From positions 88,006 to 152,005 of the forward strand of contig JBBPIH010000008.1 in assembly GCA_038040455.1 (NCBI GenBank): a stretch of DNA of 64,000 bases, read 5' to 3'. Positions 28,016 to 37,824 of the stretch are shown here, in pieces (positions within the stretch are counted from its first letter, which is position 1; each line of letters begins with the position of its first letter). The notes under the pieces were generated by a model, which did not search any database, was not told the DNA's origin, and worked only from the letters and a program-made list of their open reading frames with translations. Made by a program: the position numbers and the translations under genes. This DNA is from Acidobacteriota bacterium. GTDB taxonomy: Bacteria > Acidobacteriota > Blastocatellia > UBA7656.

Positions 28016-31000
28016 CTATAGCCGCAGCACCACGCCTCGAACCGCGAGGCGTGTCGACCGTGAGATTGCAATGGAGTACAGCGCGACCTGCTGACGATAC
28101 TCCTCCAGCCTTCCAGCAATCTCGAAGTCCGTTTTGAAATCTACCACGATCCACGTCCCAGGATCGGATTCCTCAACGAACGCCAGGTCGACTATTCCTT
28201 CCACGAGCACTCCATCCTCAAGCCGCAACGCTATCGGTGTCTCGCGCCGGCACCGACCCGCAAGCGAAGCCGCTGCCGCGCGCCGCATAAGCGGATGAGC
28301 CAGCGCCCGCGTCACCGTGTCAGTTGCCGCGGTGATTTCTTCCTGGGTCGCTCCGAGAAGGCGGCCTTGTAGAACTGCTACTGCTTTTACCCGTTTCTCG
28401 TCGGCATTCAGATCTACCACCGACAGCATTGCGTGCACCAGAATCCCGAAACGCTTTCCGTGTGGGCGCGAGAAGTCGATGCCCACTGATTCAACAGCGA
28501 CCTCGAACGTCGATCGAGGCGGCGGTGGGGCGGCGGCAAACAGATCTAACTGTCCAACTGTTCCGGGAGCTTGCTCGGGCTTACGCGACATCGTCGCAGC
28601 TCTTTGCTCTTTGCTCTCTGCCCTTTGCTCTTTGCCCTTTGCGTGCTCCGTTGCTGTGACTACTCTCAGGCTCGGCGCGCCGGCTTGCTCACGAATGCGC
28701 GCGCGGTTCTCTTGCCAATCTGCATGATCGCGAATGCCTCTCTCTGAGCGCTCGCTTTGCTCGTCGGCAGCCAGCAGCTTGTTCAGCCTGGCACCGATTT
28801 CATCCTGCCTGTTCAACTCGAGCACCGACGGGTCCCACCAAACCACCGTGTGCTCCCCCGCCTCCAGTTTGTGCAAGCCGGGCGTCACCGAGCCTTGTTT
28901 GCGCAGGCCGTTGCTCGGGCGAACCGCCACGTTGTCCGGGCCGAACTCGGGACAGCCAGGGGGATGATTAGTCTCGGGTTTGAAGCTCTCCTTCACCGGC
29001 GGATAGATCGCTGGATCGAGCGTTGCCAGCCAGCCTTCGCGGCGTTCATCTCCGACAGCCGTAACAACCAATAGGTCCCGCGCGCGAGTCGCGGCAACGT
29101 AGAGCACTCGCGCGGCTTCTTCGCGTTCAAGCTGCAACTCGTCGTCAGCATGTTCCTGAAGCTCGGGCGGCAAGCACCCCGCAAGCCTCATCACGCACAG
29201 TCCGGCTTCAGTGTCAGTCCAACGGGAAGGCTCGCGTGCTTCTTTCGCAGTCATATCGGCAAGCACGACGACCGGGAACTCGAGACCCTTCGCTTTGTGC
29301 ACGGTCATTATGCGAACGCCTTCGGCTCCTTCTTCGATGATCGGCGCATCGCCCGCTTCGCCGTTCTCTGCCTGATCATCTAGCCAGTCGACGAACGCCC
29401 GGAACGAAATCAGACCGCCCTGCTCCGCTCGCCTGGCCATGTCCATCAGCCGAGTCACGTTAGCGAGCGCCTGTTCTCCAGTCGCCCAGTTCGCAAATCC
29501 GGCGTGCGCTCGCGTGGTCGCCAGCAATCGCCCGATAGTATCGGCGACCGGCCGTCGATTCCGCCCGCGGTGAAGCTCTCGCAAGACCGCGAGCGCCTCG
29601 ACGACTTCGACCAGCGATTCAGGCAAGTCCTCGGGCACTTGTTTGAACGGATGCAGAGTCGAAAAGCGAGATCGATAAGATAGAAGCTGCGCATCGTTGA
29701 TCGCAAAGAGCGGCCCCTTCAACGTAGCGAACAACGCGAGCTCGTCATCGGGCCGCTCGATGGCGGCAAGCGCATTGCGAATAGCTTCGACTTCTTCACG
29801 CGAATGAAAAGAGCTTCCGCCGACGAGCAGGTGAGGCAATCGTCTCGCTTCGAGGGCGCGAACATATGGCCGGGTAACATCGGTCATGAAGCTGCGAAAC
29901 CGGCGGAAGAGCAAACAAACATGTCGAGGTCGAATCGGGACTCGCACGTCCGGGTGTTCGCGCTCGGTGACTGACCATCCGCTTTCGCGCACGAGCCAAT
30001 CGACGAACGCCGCTACACCGTCGGGCAAGGATTCGTCGATTTTCCACTCGACCACTTTGCCGTAATCGCCGTAGGGCGCGGGCACCGGCAGCGCGATGAG
30101 GGCTGGCTGGGTTTCAGCGCCGGATCTGAATTCCGCGAGTGGAACGTACCGAGCCTGAGTTGAGCCCGCCTTCAAACTGGCCCCAGGAGCCGCATTCGGA
30201 TTGGCACCCATCACTTGTGAGAATGCCGCGTTCACCGCTCGTTGAATCGCAGGCACAGACCTGAAGCTGACGTTCAGTTCTACGAGCGCTCCGCCTGTCG
30301 AGGTGACCTGCCGCTTCACCTGTTCGTACAGCGCCACGTCGGCACGCCGGAAGCGATAGATAGACTGCTTCGGATCGCCGACTATGAAAAGCTTGCCGGG
30401 CACCGGGTGGGCGCGACGCCAGTCCTTCTCACTGGGATCGTCTGCTGCCAACAACATCAGCAGTTCAGCTTGAAGTGGGTCCGTGTCCTGAAATTCATCC
30501 ACGAAGATATGAGTGAAGCGCCGCTGCAGCTCGGCTCGCACAGACATGTTGTCTCGCACGAGGTCGCGCGCGCGAAGCAACAGGTCAAGGAAGTCGACGC
30601 AGCCGGCGCGCTCTTTCAAGCGTTCGTATTCCTCGATCACCGACGACAGCTCCTCGCGCAATCGCGGGGCGAGGTCAGCCCCGGCCTCATCGACGAAAGA
30701 CTGCAGGCTCTCTTTCAACGCGTTGCGCCGCGGGATCAACTCATCTCTCGGGTAGCTGAACTTGCTCGACGCATAGCCAACCCACTTCCAGTGCTTGCCG
30801 CGGTTCATCTCGGTGAGCGCAGCTTCAAGGCCGTCGTAGTCGCGCTCGGCAACCTCTTCAACGCGCTTGATGTCTTCCACGAACACCTTGATTTCTTTGA
30901 GCGACTTCAAAAAGTAATCGTTCGCACTGCCCGCGTCCGCCCACTGTGCGAGCGAGGTCATCTCCGCAATCAACGCATCTATCGCTGCTTCTCGATCGAA

Positions 31001-31654
31001 GTCAGGATTGCGCCGCCACGGAGCCGGAAAGTCACGGCGCTCGATTAACTCTCTGGCGGCGCCGCGAAGCGCTCGCCTGGGACCCGTGTCCCGCGGACGG
31101 CGCGCAAGAATGCCGGGTAGGTCTCTTCGGTATTCGCGACGTGGGCGTCTCCTGAGAATGCGTCGAACGGCCTCGCCCGGGCTTGCAAGCTGTTTTTCGA
31201 ACCAGCGATCGAATGCGAGATCGAACAGCGGCCGCGCGGTGTCTTCCGAAGCCACTTCAAACAACGGATCGATGCTCGCTTCGACCGGGCGCTCGCGCAG
31301 GAGATCAGCGCAGAAGGAATGAATCGTGCCGATGCGCGATTCTTCAAGCTCACGAAGCGAGTCCGTTAGAAGCTTATGCGCTTGAGGCGGACAGTTCTTG
31401 TCCTGCCGACATTGTTCGATGGCATCTCGCACACGGAGCTTCAATTCACCGGCGGCAGCATCAGTGAAAGTGACGGCGACGATCTGATTCAGGCGCACGC
31501 GGCCCGACTTAATCCCGGCGACGATGCGCCCGACAAGCTCGCTGGTCTTGCCCGTCCCGGCGGCCGCTTCGACAACAAGAGTAGTCTCTAGATCGTTGCG
31601 AATCCGGTCCCGAGCAGCTTGATCGGCGAGCAGCTCTTTTTGAGTTGTTGTCAC
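28016..31654 (-). CDS. AddA-like ATP-dependent helicase-nuclease, pair 2 (paralog)
   Basis: Walker A EAAAGTGKTSEL and UvrD motifs (AVTFTDAAAGEL, FVDEFQDTD, IVGDPKQSIYRFRRA). The C-terminal RecB nuclease motif is GIVDLAF...VVDFKTD. Length 1212 aa. A short tandem 7-aa repeat (KGKEQRA/ESKEQRA) sits in the linker. Confidence 0.8.
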   Translation of the reverse strand: MTTTQKELLADQAARDRIRNDLETTLVVEAAAGTGKTSELVGRIVAGIKSGRVRLNQIVAVTFTDAAAGELKLRVRDAIEQCRQDKNCPPQAHKLLTDSLRELEESRIGTIHSFCADLLRERPVEASIDPLFEVASEDTARPLFDLAFDRWFEKQLASPGEAVRRILRRRPRREYRRDLPGILARRPRDTGPRRALRGAARELIERRDFPAPWRRNPDFDREAAIDALIAEMTSLAQWADAGSANDYFLKSLKEIKVFVEDIKRVEEVAERDYDGLEAALTEMNRGKHWKWVGYASSKFSYPRDELIPRRNALKESLQSFVDEAGADLAPRLREELSSVIEEYERLKERAGCVDFLDLLLRARDLVRDNMSVRAELQRRFTHIFVDEFQDTDPLQAELLMLLAADDPSEKDWRRAHPVPGKLFIVGDPKQSIYRFRRADVALYEQVKRQVTSTGGALVELNVSFRSVPAIQRAVNAAFSQVMGANPNAAPGASLKAGSTQARYVPLAEFRSGAETQPALIALPVPAPYGDYGKVVEWKIDESLPDGVAAFVDWLVRESGWSVTEREHPDVRVPIRPRHVCLLFRRFRSFMTDVTRPYVRALEARRLPHLLVGGSSFHSREEVEAIRNALAAIERPDDELALFATLKGPLFAINDAQLLSYRSRFSTLHPFKQVPEDLPESLVEVVEALAVLRELHRGRNRRPVADTIGRLLATTRAHAGFANWATGEQALANVTRLMDMARRAEQGGLISFRAFVDWLDDQAENGEAGDAPIIEEGAEGVRIMTVHKAKGLEFPVVVLADMTAKEAREPSRWTDTEAGLCVMRLAGCLPPELQEHADDELQLEREEAARVLYVAATRARDLLVVTAVGDERREGWLATLDPAIYPPVKESFKPETNHPPGCPEFGPDNVAVRPSNGLRKQGSVTPGLHKLEAGEHTVVWWDPSVLELNRQDEIGARLNKLLAADEQSERSERGIRDHADWQENRARIREQAGAPSLRVVTATEHAKGKEQRAESKEQRAATMSRKPEQAPGTVGQLDLFAAAPPPPRSTFEVAVESVGIDFSRPHGKRFGILVHAMLSVVDLNADEKRVKAVAVLQGRLLGATQEEITAATDTVTRALAHPLMRRAAAASLAGRCRRETPIALRLEDGVLVEGIVDLAFVEESDPGTWIVVDFKTDFEIAGRLEEYRQQVALYSIAISRSTRLAVRGVVLRL

Positions 31655-34600
31655 GGCAATTCCCGGAGCTTCTTAAGCTCAAACAGTCGGTCCCCCGGCT
31701 TGCGCGAGGTTCGGATGTATTCAAGAGGCCCGCACACTGCCCGGTAGTCGCACCAGTCGCACCCGCCTTTTTCCGGTGCCGCTGGAAGAAAGCGATCTTC
31801 GAGCGCACGGCCGATGATCTCAATGACTATTCCCGCAGTACCGCGGCTGAAATCATCGAGCGGAACGATTCGCTCCTCGAAGCCGCCCGCGCCCGTGCAG
31901 TAATAAAGCCGCCCCGATTCGACGGGCGCTTCGAGCAGCTTCTCGCAGGCGAGCGCGTAAAGCACCGGCTGCAGGTGCTGGCCGCCTCCGACGACTACAC
32001 CATCGCGCGCTCGCGCCTTGCCAGTCTTGTGATCGGTCGCGCGAATTTTTCCACTGATGTGGCGCTCGACGAGGTCGATCGAGCCTCGCAGTTTCAATTC
32101 GCCGACGACCGGCACCGGGTCTGCAACGCTCGCAGGGTCTTCGTCTTCGCGACCGCGATCCGCGAGACCGAATGAGAGCTCGAATTTGTAAGGCACCCAC
32201 CCGTCGTCAGCCTCCGACGCTCGGCGAAGCCACTCGCGCAGATCGCCTCGAATCGTGTTGATGCCGTCTTCCCATACACGCGGGATCGCCGGCGCGAGAT
32301 CGTCTTCATAGCGCGACGCGACCCGGTTGAGCACATCGTCGACGAGGGCAATCGCCTGGTCACACGTTGTCGGAGTGAGAGGCAGAAGACCGGCCTCGCG
32401 CAGCAGCGTCAATACCTCATACTGCACCTTGTGGAAGAGCGACCCGCGCGTGAGGGGATCGATGACCTCGATAGCGGCCGGTTCTTCGCGAGGCTGGAGC
32501 TTGTGCACGGCCTGAAGAAAGAATCGATACGGACACGCCGCATAGTTCTGAAGCGCAGTAGGCGAGAATGAACGCGTTGAGAGCTGATGAGCGGTGAGAG
32601 CTTCGCGAGCAAGTTCATCGGGCTCGACCAGCCCATCGCTCGGAGTCCAGCGCTTGAGCCAGCGGCGCGACCGGGCTCGCAAACCTCGCGCGAGATGCTT
32701 ATTAGTCGAGAGCAGATAGTGAGCCGTGCCCGCCACTGCTTCAGGCTCCGCATCGATCAATGGAGCAAGCAAGGCAAGGTCATATTCGGCTTCATCGATC
32801 GCAACCCGAGGGTCGCTCGGCGCGGGCCATCCAAGCCGGCCACTCGCGCCCGACTCAGCGCGCGATACAAGCTTGTCGAAACCAGGAAGATAACCTTCCG
32901 CTGCGCGCAACGCTTCCAGGCCATAGAACGAAGGCACGCGCGGGCGAGCCTGCTGAACGTCGATGCGCGGGTACGACAAATGAACGCGCTCGGAAGCCGC
33001 ACCCACAGCCAGTCTCAGCGCCAGCCGTTCGGCTTCGACGCGATCGGGTTGAGTGATCAGATCCGAATCAGCAACCTGACGGCGCTGCTCATCCAGGAGT
33101 ATCGGGTCCTCGATCAATTTTCTGGGGAAGAGCTTCTCAGCGAGCCCGGGCACAAACACGACGTCGAAGCTCATCCCGCGCGCCGCGCCGGTCGAGCCGA
33201 TAAACACGGCTCCGTAGCGGCGGCGAGGCGGAGCGATCAAAAGCTCACGAAGTCGCGGGGCTAGCACCAGTTGAACCTCGTAAAGATCGACCGGCCCAAT
33301 GGGAGACATCGGCTCGAGCTCGGCCAATGTTTCGAGCACGCCGTCGGGATTTCGAAGCGCGACCTGCGCAAGCTTGCGAAGATGAATCAGCCACTCTCCC
33401 CAAGTCGCGCGGTCAGGCAAGGCGGCAAGCTCATCAATCAGCGGAAGCGCGAATTTGCGCAGGTGTTCAATGTCACGAATCTGTTGATCAAGCCCGGCGG
33501 CACGCGTCTCCTCTCCTTCTTCGATTAGTTCCTGGCGCTTCAAACGCAATTCAGTTTCGAGCCCTTCGATCCTTTTTTTCCACCGGTCTTTTCCGCCGAT
33601 CACCGAGGACTCAACAAGCAATCGCTCCCACCGCCACGGCGCGCGAAGAGTACCTGCAATCTCCGCGGTGCTTTCAAGATCGAGGGGCAACGGTTCGGCC
33701 TCCGACTCTTCGTCACCAGGAGGTTCGGGTTCTACGCCAAGCGGGAGCACGTCGCTCGGAGGGGGCGCCCAGTTTTGTTCCGGGTCGCGCGCAGATTCGG
33801 GATCCGGCACCTGTGAGAGCGAGGTGTACTCGGCGAAGCGTCGCGCGGAAAAGTCATCGGATCTACACGCGAGCAACGCGAGTAACGCGCGCCCCGCAGG
33901 ATCGGGACGCGTCGTGCCTCGAGCGAAGTAAGCGGGAATCGCGGCGCGTCGAAAAGCCTCTTCGAGGTGCGGACGGTACTCCGCGGTTGAACGCAGAAAG
34001 ATCGCGATTCGATCAAATGCGATTCCGCGCGCGGCTTCAGCCTGAACGCGGCGCGCTATCTCGACAGACTCACGGGCTTCGCCAGGTGACGAGTTAAGCG
34101 TGACGCTTTCGTCCATCTTCGACTGTTCCGGCGCCGAGTCTTCGAACAGATGCGCCTTTAATGTCGCGAGCGAGTTTGATGGTTTGCTATTACCGATCTC
34201 TTGAGCTTCACACCGCAGCGCGCGCTGAAGCATCTCGATCGTTCTAGTGTCACCACGCGCCGCAGTAGCAAGAACCGACGGCGCGCGCGAGGCAAGAGCT
34301 TTGATGAGTTGCGCTTCGCGAGTGCTGGTCACCGCAAGATCGAGCAACAGCAACGGCAGACCCACAGGGTGAAGAAGGCTCGCGCTCGTAGTCGCTTCGA
34401 TTGCGGCTTCGAATACCGCGGAGCGATCGGCAAGCTTCGCCAATGTGAGCTCGCGCTCGACGCATTCGGCGAGTGCGGCGAGGTCCGGTCCGCCGCGCGG
34501 CAATCGGCGAATCGCTTCGATGTCCACGGCGTTCATTCGAAGCTCATCCAGAGTTCGGGCTACCGCGCGTGGAAAGCCAGGCCGCTTTGCAACCGGAGCG

Positions 34601-34944
34601 AAGTAGGACAGCGTTTCTTCGGAGACAAGCAAATGAACCGAGCGCGCAGTCAACGCCTCGAGCGTCAAGCTGGTGTTTGGAACGCGACCGCTTCGGCCGA
34701 GGATCGGCGCGGCGAGGTTGGCAGCAAGCCGGTAGAGTGTCAGCCGCAGGAGGCCGAAGCGAGCTGCAGATGCCCCCGTTCCAAATATCGCGTTGCGAAC
34801 GAATTCGTCGCCCGCTTCTCGCGTCGGAGACAAAACGAGAATCTCGGCATCACGCGAGTAGGCAGCCAGCCACTCTCCCGCCGCTGCGAGCCGTGTTCGT
34901 GAATCGTGCGATATGATCAGCTTTGCTTTTTGGGGCTCAAGCAT
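31651..34944 (-). CDS. AddB-like nuclease subunit, pair 2 (paralog)
   Basis: 1097 aa, upstream of and overlapping by 4 nt the AddA-like gene 2. Its C-terminal PD-(D/E)XK region carries the cysteines CPYRFF...GGCDWCDYRAVCG, typical of the AddB Fe-S cluster. Confidence 0.7.
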   Translation of the reverse strand: MLEPQKAKLIISHDSRTRLAAAGEWLAAYSRDAEILVLSPTREAGDEFVRNAIFGTGASAARFGLLRLTLYRLAANLAAPILGRSGRVPNTSLTLEALTARSVHLLVSEETLSYFAPVAKRPGFPRAVARTLDELRMNAVDIEAIRRLPRGGPDLAALAECVERELTLAKLADRSAVFEAAIEATTSASLLHPVGLPLLLLDLAVTSTREAQLIKALASRAPSVLATAARGDTRTIEMLQRALRCEAQEIGNSKPSNSLATLKAHLFEDSAPEQSKMDESVTLNSSPGEARESVEIARRVQAEAARGIAFDRIAIFLRSTAEYRPHLEEAFRRAAIPAYFARGTTRPDPAGRALLALLACRSDDFSARRFAEYTSLSQVPDPESARDPEQNWAPPPSDVLPLGVEPEPPGDEESEAEPLPLDLESTAEIAGTLRAPWRWERLLVESSVIGGKDRWKKRIEGLETELRLKRQELIEEGEETRAAGLDQQIRDIEHLRKFALPLIDELAALPDRATWGEWLIHLRKLAQVALRNPDGVLETLAELEPMSPIGPVDLYEVQLVLAPRLRELLIAPPRRRYGAVFIGSTGAARGMSFDVVFVPGLAEKLFPRKLIEDPILLDEQRRQVADSDLITQPDRVEAERLALRLAVGAASERVHLSYPRIDVQQARPRVPSFYGLEALRAAEGYLPGFDKLVSRAESGASGRLGWPAPSDPRVAIDEAEYDLALLAPLIDAEPEAVAGTAHYLLSTNKHLARGLRARSRRWLKRWTPSDGLVEPDELAREALTAHQLSTRSFSPTALQNYAACPYRFFLQAVHKLQPREEPAAIEVIDPLTRGSLFHKVQYEVLTLLREAGLLPLTPTTCDQAIALVDDVLNRVASRYEDDLAPAIPRVWEDGINTIRGDLREWLRRASEADDGWVPYKFELSFGLADRGREDEDPASVADPVPVVGELKLRGSIDLVERHISGKIRATDHKTGKARARDGVVVGGGQHLQPVLYALACEKLLEAPVESGRLYYCTGAGGFEERIVPLDDFSRGTAGIVIEIIGRALEDRFLPAAPEKGGCDWCDYRAVCGPLEYIRTSRKPGDRLFELKKLRELP

Positions 34945-35006
34945 TCGGATAACCTGACAAGAGCTTTCTGTGGGACCATTTCAATGCTTGCTTCGTGCGT
35001 CGCAGA

Positions 35007-35753
35007 TCAGTCTCTCATTCTACTTTGAACCTTATCATTCGTCAGCTCTCTCAGGGCGTCGGCGGCAATCCACCTGGCAGATGTCGAGTTCAGCTTTTGG
35101 ATCTCGCGAGCGGTTTCGATGGCCTTGCGGTTCAAGCTACGGTTTCTCTTTCCAATCTGACGCAGCGCCCAGTTCACCGCCTTTTTCACGAAGTTCCTCT
35201 CATCTCTCGATTCGCGTTTGATGATCGGCAAGAACTTGATGAACGCGTCGTCACCCGCCGCTTTGTCGTGTACCGCGAGCGCCGCCATCAAAGAGAACGC
35301 CGCGCGCTTCACAAACTCTTCGCGACGTCCGCTCCACTCGCGCGTTTTGCGATAAGCGAAGGGCGTCTTGTCCCACAGATTGCCGCAGCAGTGATCGCAG
35401 ACGTCCCACGAGTCGATGTCCTTCACCCAAGCTTCCATCAACTCTTCAGTGACCTGCTTGGGATCGGCGATCATAGTCGCCAGCTCCCGAGCCTCGTGAT
35501 GGCCACTATCCCAAAGCTCCTGCGCGAGCTTGTGATCCGTGCCAATGCTCTTTGCAAGCTTACGCAGCGCGGGGACGGAAACGCCAAACGCTTTGTCCGC
35601 TTTGATCCCGAACCTTTCCATGCTTGAAACGGCTTCTGGATTCGATAGCGAACGCAGCGACTCTAAAACGTCCGAGACGCGGACCTGCTTGTGTGGGAAA
35701 CGCTGGATGCGGTTTTTGGAATGTGGCGTCTGCATCGACGGGAAACGTAGCAA
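35007..35753 (-). CDS. DNA alkylation repair enzyme (AlkD/AlkC-like HEAT-repeat glycosylase family)
   Basis: Helical repeat protein. Motifs DSWDVCDHCCGNLW and NFVKKAVNWALRQIGKRN resemble the DNA_alkylation (PF08713-type) family. 248 aa. Confidence 0.6.
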   Translation of the reverse strand: MLRFPSMQTPHSKNRIQRFPHKQVRVSDVLESLRSLSNPEAVSSMERFGIKADKAFGVSVPALRKLAKSIGTDHKLAQELWDSGHHEARELATMIADPKQVTEELMEAWVKDIDSWDVCDHCCGNLWDKTPFAYRKTREWSGRREEFVKRAAFSLMAALAVHDKAAGDDAFIKFLPIIKRESRDERNFVKKAVNWALRQIGKRNRSLNRKAIETAREIQKLNSTSARWIAADALRELTNDKVQSRMRD

Positions 35754-36151
35754 AGGACTGTTAGCTTACGATCGAGCGGCCTCACTGATGTATCTGAGCG
35801 GCGCGGTATCAATGTAGACGACGCCTGACGCGGGAAGGCTCAGCGATCCCACGAGTCACGCTCCTCTCGCAAATATGCATCCGCTTCGGCCGGCGTCTTT
35901 AGCAAACGTCCACCCGCCGGTAAGACGTCCAGCAAATCAAGGACTGAGCGGCCGGCTTTTTCCTTCTCCTGGGCCAGCCCATCCAGAATTAGCGACGCAA
36001 GCCGAAGACGCTCGTTCGGCGAAAGCCGGGAGACCGTCTTGGAGTAGAGTTCCTCAGCGTCCTGCGTTCTTCGTTCCTCCGAACAGCATTATACTGTAGT
36101 CATCCAAAGACAGCGATAAAGCCAGCACAGCCCAATACACTTCTCCGCGCC

Positions 36152-36475
36152 TCATCGAACGATGTCCTTGGCATCAAGCCAGTGTTCCAATGAAGCGGCT
36201 TCAAGCGCCGGATCCAGGTCGACATTATCAGAGCCTCCGCCGTGCCGAGCGGCGTAAGCGGCTACTGACTCGTCGAGAGCTGATCTTCGCTGCGAAGGCC
36301 GCACGCCTTTTTTTTGCCGCTGACTGGTCTGCAATGTGCGATGCGGTTTTCGTCGCGGACCCGACTCGCCGAGCAAATCAACAACTCGCTTGATCAGAAG
36401 CTTCTTATCGTCAGTCGAGAGTCTCTCGACTTTGGTTAGAATGGAGTCGATATCGCTGGTTGACATCCCTTTCAC
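36152..36475 (-). CDS. Hypothetical protein
   Basis: 107 aa with no recognisable motifs. Confidence 0.3.
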   Translation of the reverse strand: MKGMSTSDIDSILTKVERLSTDDKKLLIKRVVDLLGESGPRRKPHRTLQTSQRQKKGVRPSQRRSALDESVAAYAARHGGGSDNVDLDPALEAASLEHWLDAKDIVR

Positions 36476-36725
36476 TCTCGGTCCTTGGATGGCCCTTTTG
36501 TGCTAGCCGCATTATGCGTCGAAGCGGATGCTTCCGCAATGAGGTCCGCGATTTGTTGCGAGACTCTCCGACGCAGGTCCGTCGTTTCTTGTTCACCCCT
36601 CGTCCGCACAAACATGCTCAAATTGAGCTTTGCGCCCAGCAAACGCCACATACGAATCCAGCTTGGCATCTGCTTACGGGCGGCGGCATGAAAAAAATGA
36701 CTGCCACGACCGAGGAGCATTAGCT

Positions 36726-36890
36726 ATGACAACCATCACGCTTGAAGTCCCCGACGAGTTGGCGGCAAGACTCGACCAGTTGCGCGACCACCTGCCGGCT
36801 CTTTTGTCCGAGGTTCTGAATTCCGAGACCGGCAAGAAGGCACTCCGACGCGTTGACGCGGCCCGTCGCACGAAGTCTTTGACGAGATGA
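36726..36890 (+). CDS. Small hypothetical protein (possible antitoxin-like), start at MTTITLEVPDELAARL
   Basis: Internal Met of ORF 36630..36890. Overlaps the next small ORF by ATGA at 36887-36890. Confidence 0.3.
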   Translation: MTTITLEVPDELAARLDQLRDHLPALLSEVLNSETGKKALRRVDAARRTKSLTR

Positions 36891-37105
36891 TCGACTTCTT
36901 GGCAACTGGACCGACGGCCGAGCAGATCATCGCACATAAAGCGTCGGAAGCAATGCAGACGCGCTTGCGAGAGTTGCTGGATAAGAACAGAGAGGAAGGG
37001 CTGACTGACGCAGAGACCGCCGAACTTGACGGCTTTGAGTCGGTGGAGGATTTGATGGGGCTTCTAAAAGCCAAAGCGCACTGCGTTGTGAACGCCCGAA
37101 CTTGA
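36887..37105 (+). CDS. Small hypothetical protein
   Basis: 72 aa, MIDFLATGPTAEQIIAHKASEAMQTRLRELLDKNREEGLTDAETAELDGFE. Translationally coupled to the upstream small ORF. It may be one gene split by a frameshift. Confidence 0.3.
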   Translation: MIDFLATGPTAEQIIAHKASEAMQTRLRELLDKNREEGLTDAETAELDGFESVEDLMGLLKAKAHCVVNART

Positions 37106-37204
37106 TACGGGGTTATGCCCTCGATCTACATTCCCTCTAATCTTCGTCGGTTAGTAACTAGCCGACCCAAGGCTGCTGTGAGTATTGCTTGCTTGCAGCT
37201 GAAG

Positions 37205-37330
37205 ACGCCGAGTTCCCACACGAGATTGACCATCAGGTTCCGCTCATCCACGGCGGAAAATCAGAGAGCGACAGCCTGGTGTTTGCTTGCCTGAAATGCA
37301 ACCGGCACAAAGGCACAACCTGGCGGCGTT
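37205..37330 (+). pseudogene. HNH endonuclease remnant (C-terminal HNH motif only)
   Basis: My translation gives EFPHEIDHQVPLIHGGKSESDSLVFACLKCNRHKGTTW, which is an HxxxH...N...CxxCNxxK HNH signature. There is no start codon or N-terminal part. It runs directly into the family A repeat array. Confidence 0.55.
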
Positions 37331-37369
37331 CGATCCGTTGGATGGCTCTAGCAGGCTGCTGAAAAAGTC

Positions 37370-37590
37370 GATGACACACAAGTATTCAGGTGCAATCCCA
37401 CCAACGCAGTTGGTGGTGCGTTCATACTCAGCCTACACGCGACACTGGGCGGGGGTCCCGAATCCCACCAACGCAGTTGGTGGATCGTTCATATCCGACC
37501 TGGCTATGATCAGCCGGAAAGTGAATCCGAGCGGAGAGTTAGGCTGGGTATGAACGAACCACCAACTGCGTTGGTGGGATTATCGTCACT
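37370..37590. repeat. Family A palindromic repeat array (CCACCAACGCAGTTGGTGG hairpin units, mixed orientation)
   Basis: Copies at about 37393-37437 and 37458-37500 (one orientation) and 37546-37585 (inverted). Shared flanks are gaatccc...ttgttcatactcagcctaca. The leader caggctgctgaaaaagtcgatgacacacaagt is conserved with the array at 47360. Confidence 0.6.
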
Positions 37591-37824
37591 CCCCTGGGAG
37601 AGGCCCTTTTTGGCTTTTTCAGCACCCTGCTATGAGGGCTGTCTTCAATCCGAGACTGCAGCTCTGGCGTGATCACTTCGCGCCCGTCGGCGCCTTTATC
37701 ATCGGGCTGACGCCTACGGGCCGTGCAACAGTTGTGCTGCCCAAGTTGAGTGATGACGACCGAGTGGAACGCCGCGGCGTACTGATCAGGGCCGGCAAGT
37801 TTCCACCTCCATCCTATTAGCAAA

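Noticed and set aside
27757-28119. 120-aa ORF overlapping the 3' end of addA2
   Set aside because: It overlaps a well-supported CDS, has no motifs, and lies at the AT-rich leader of the island. It is most likely spurious.
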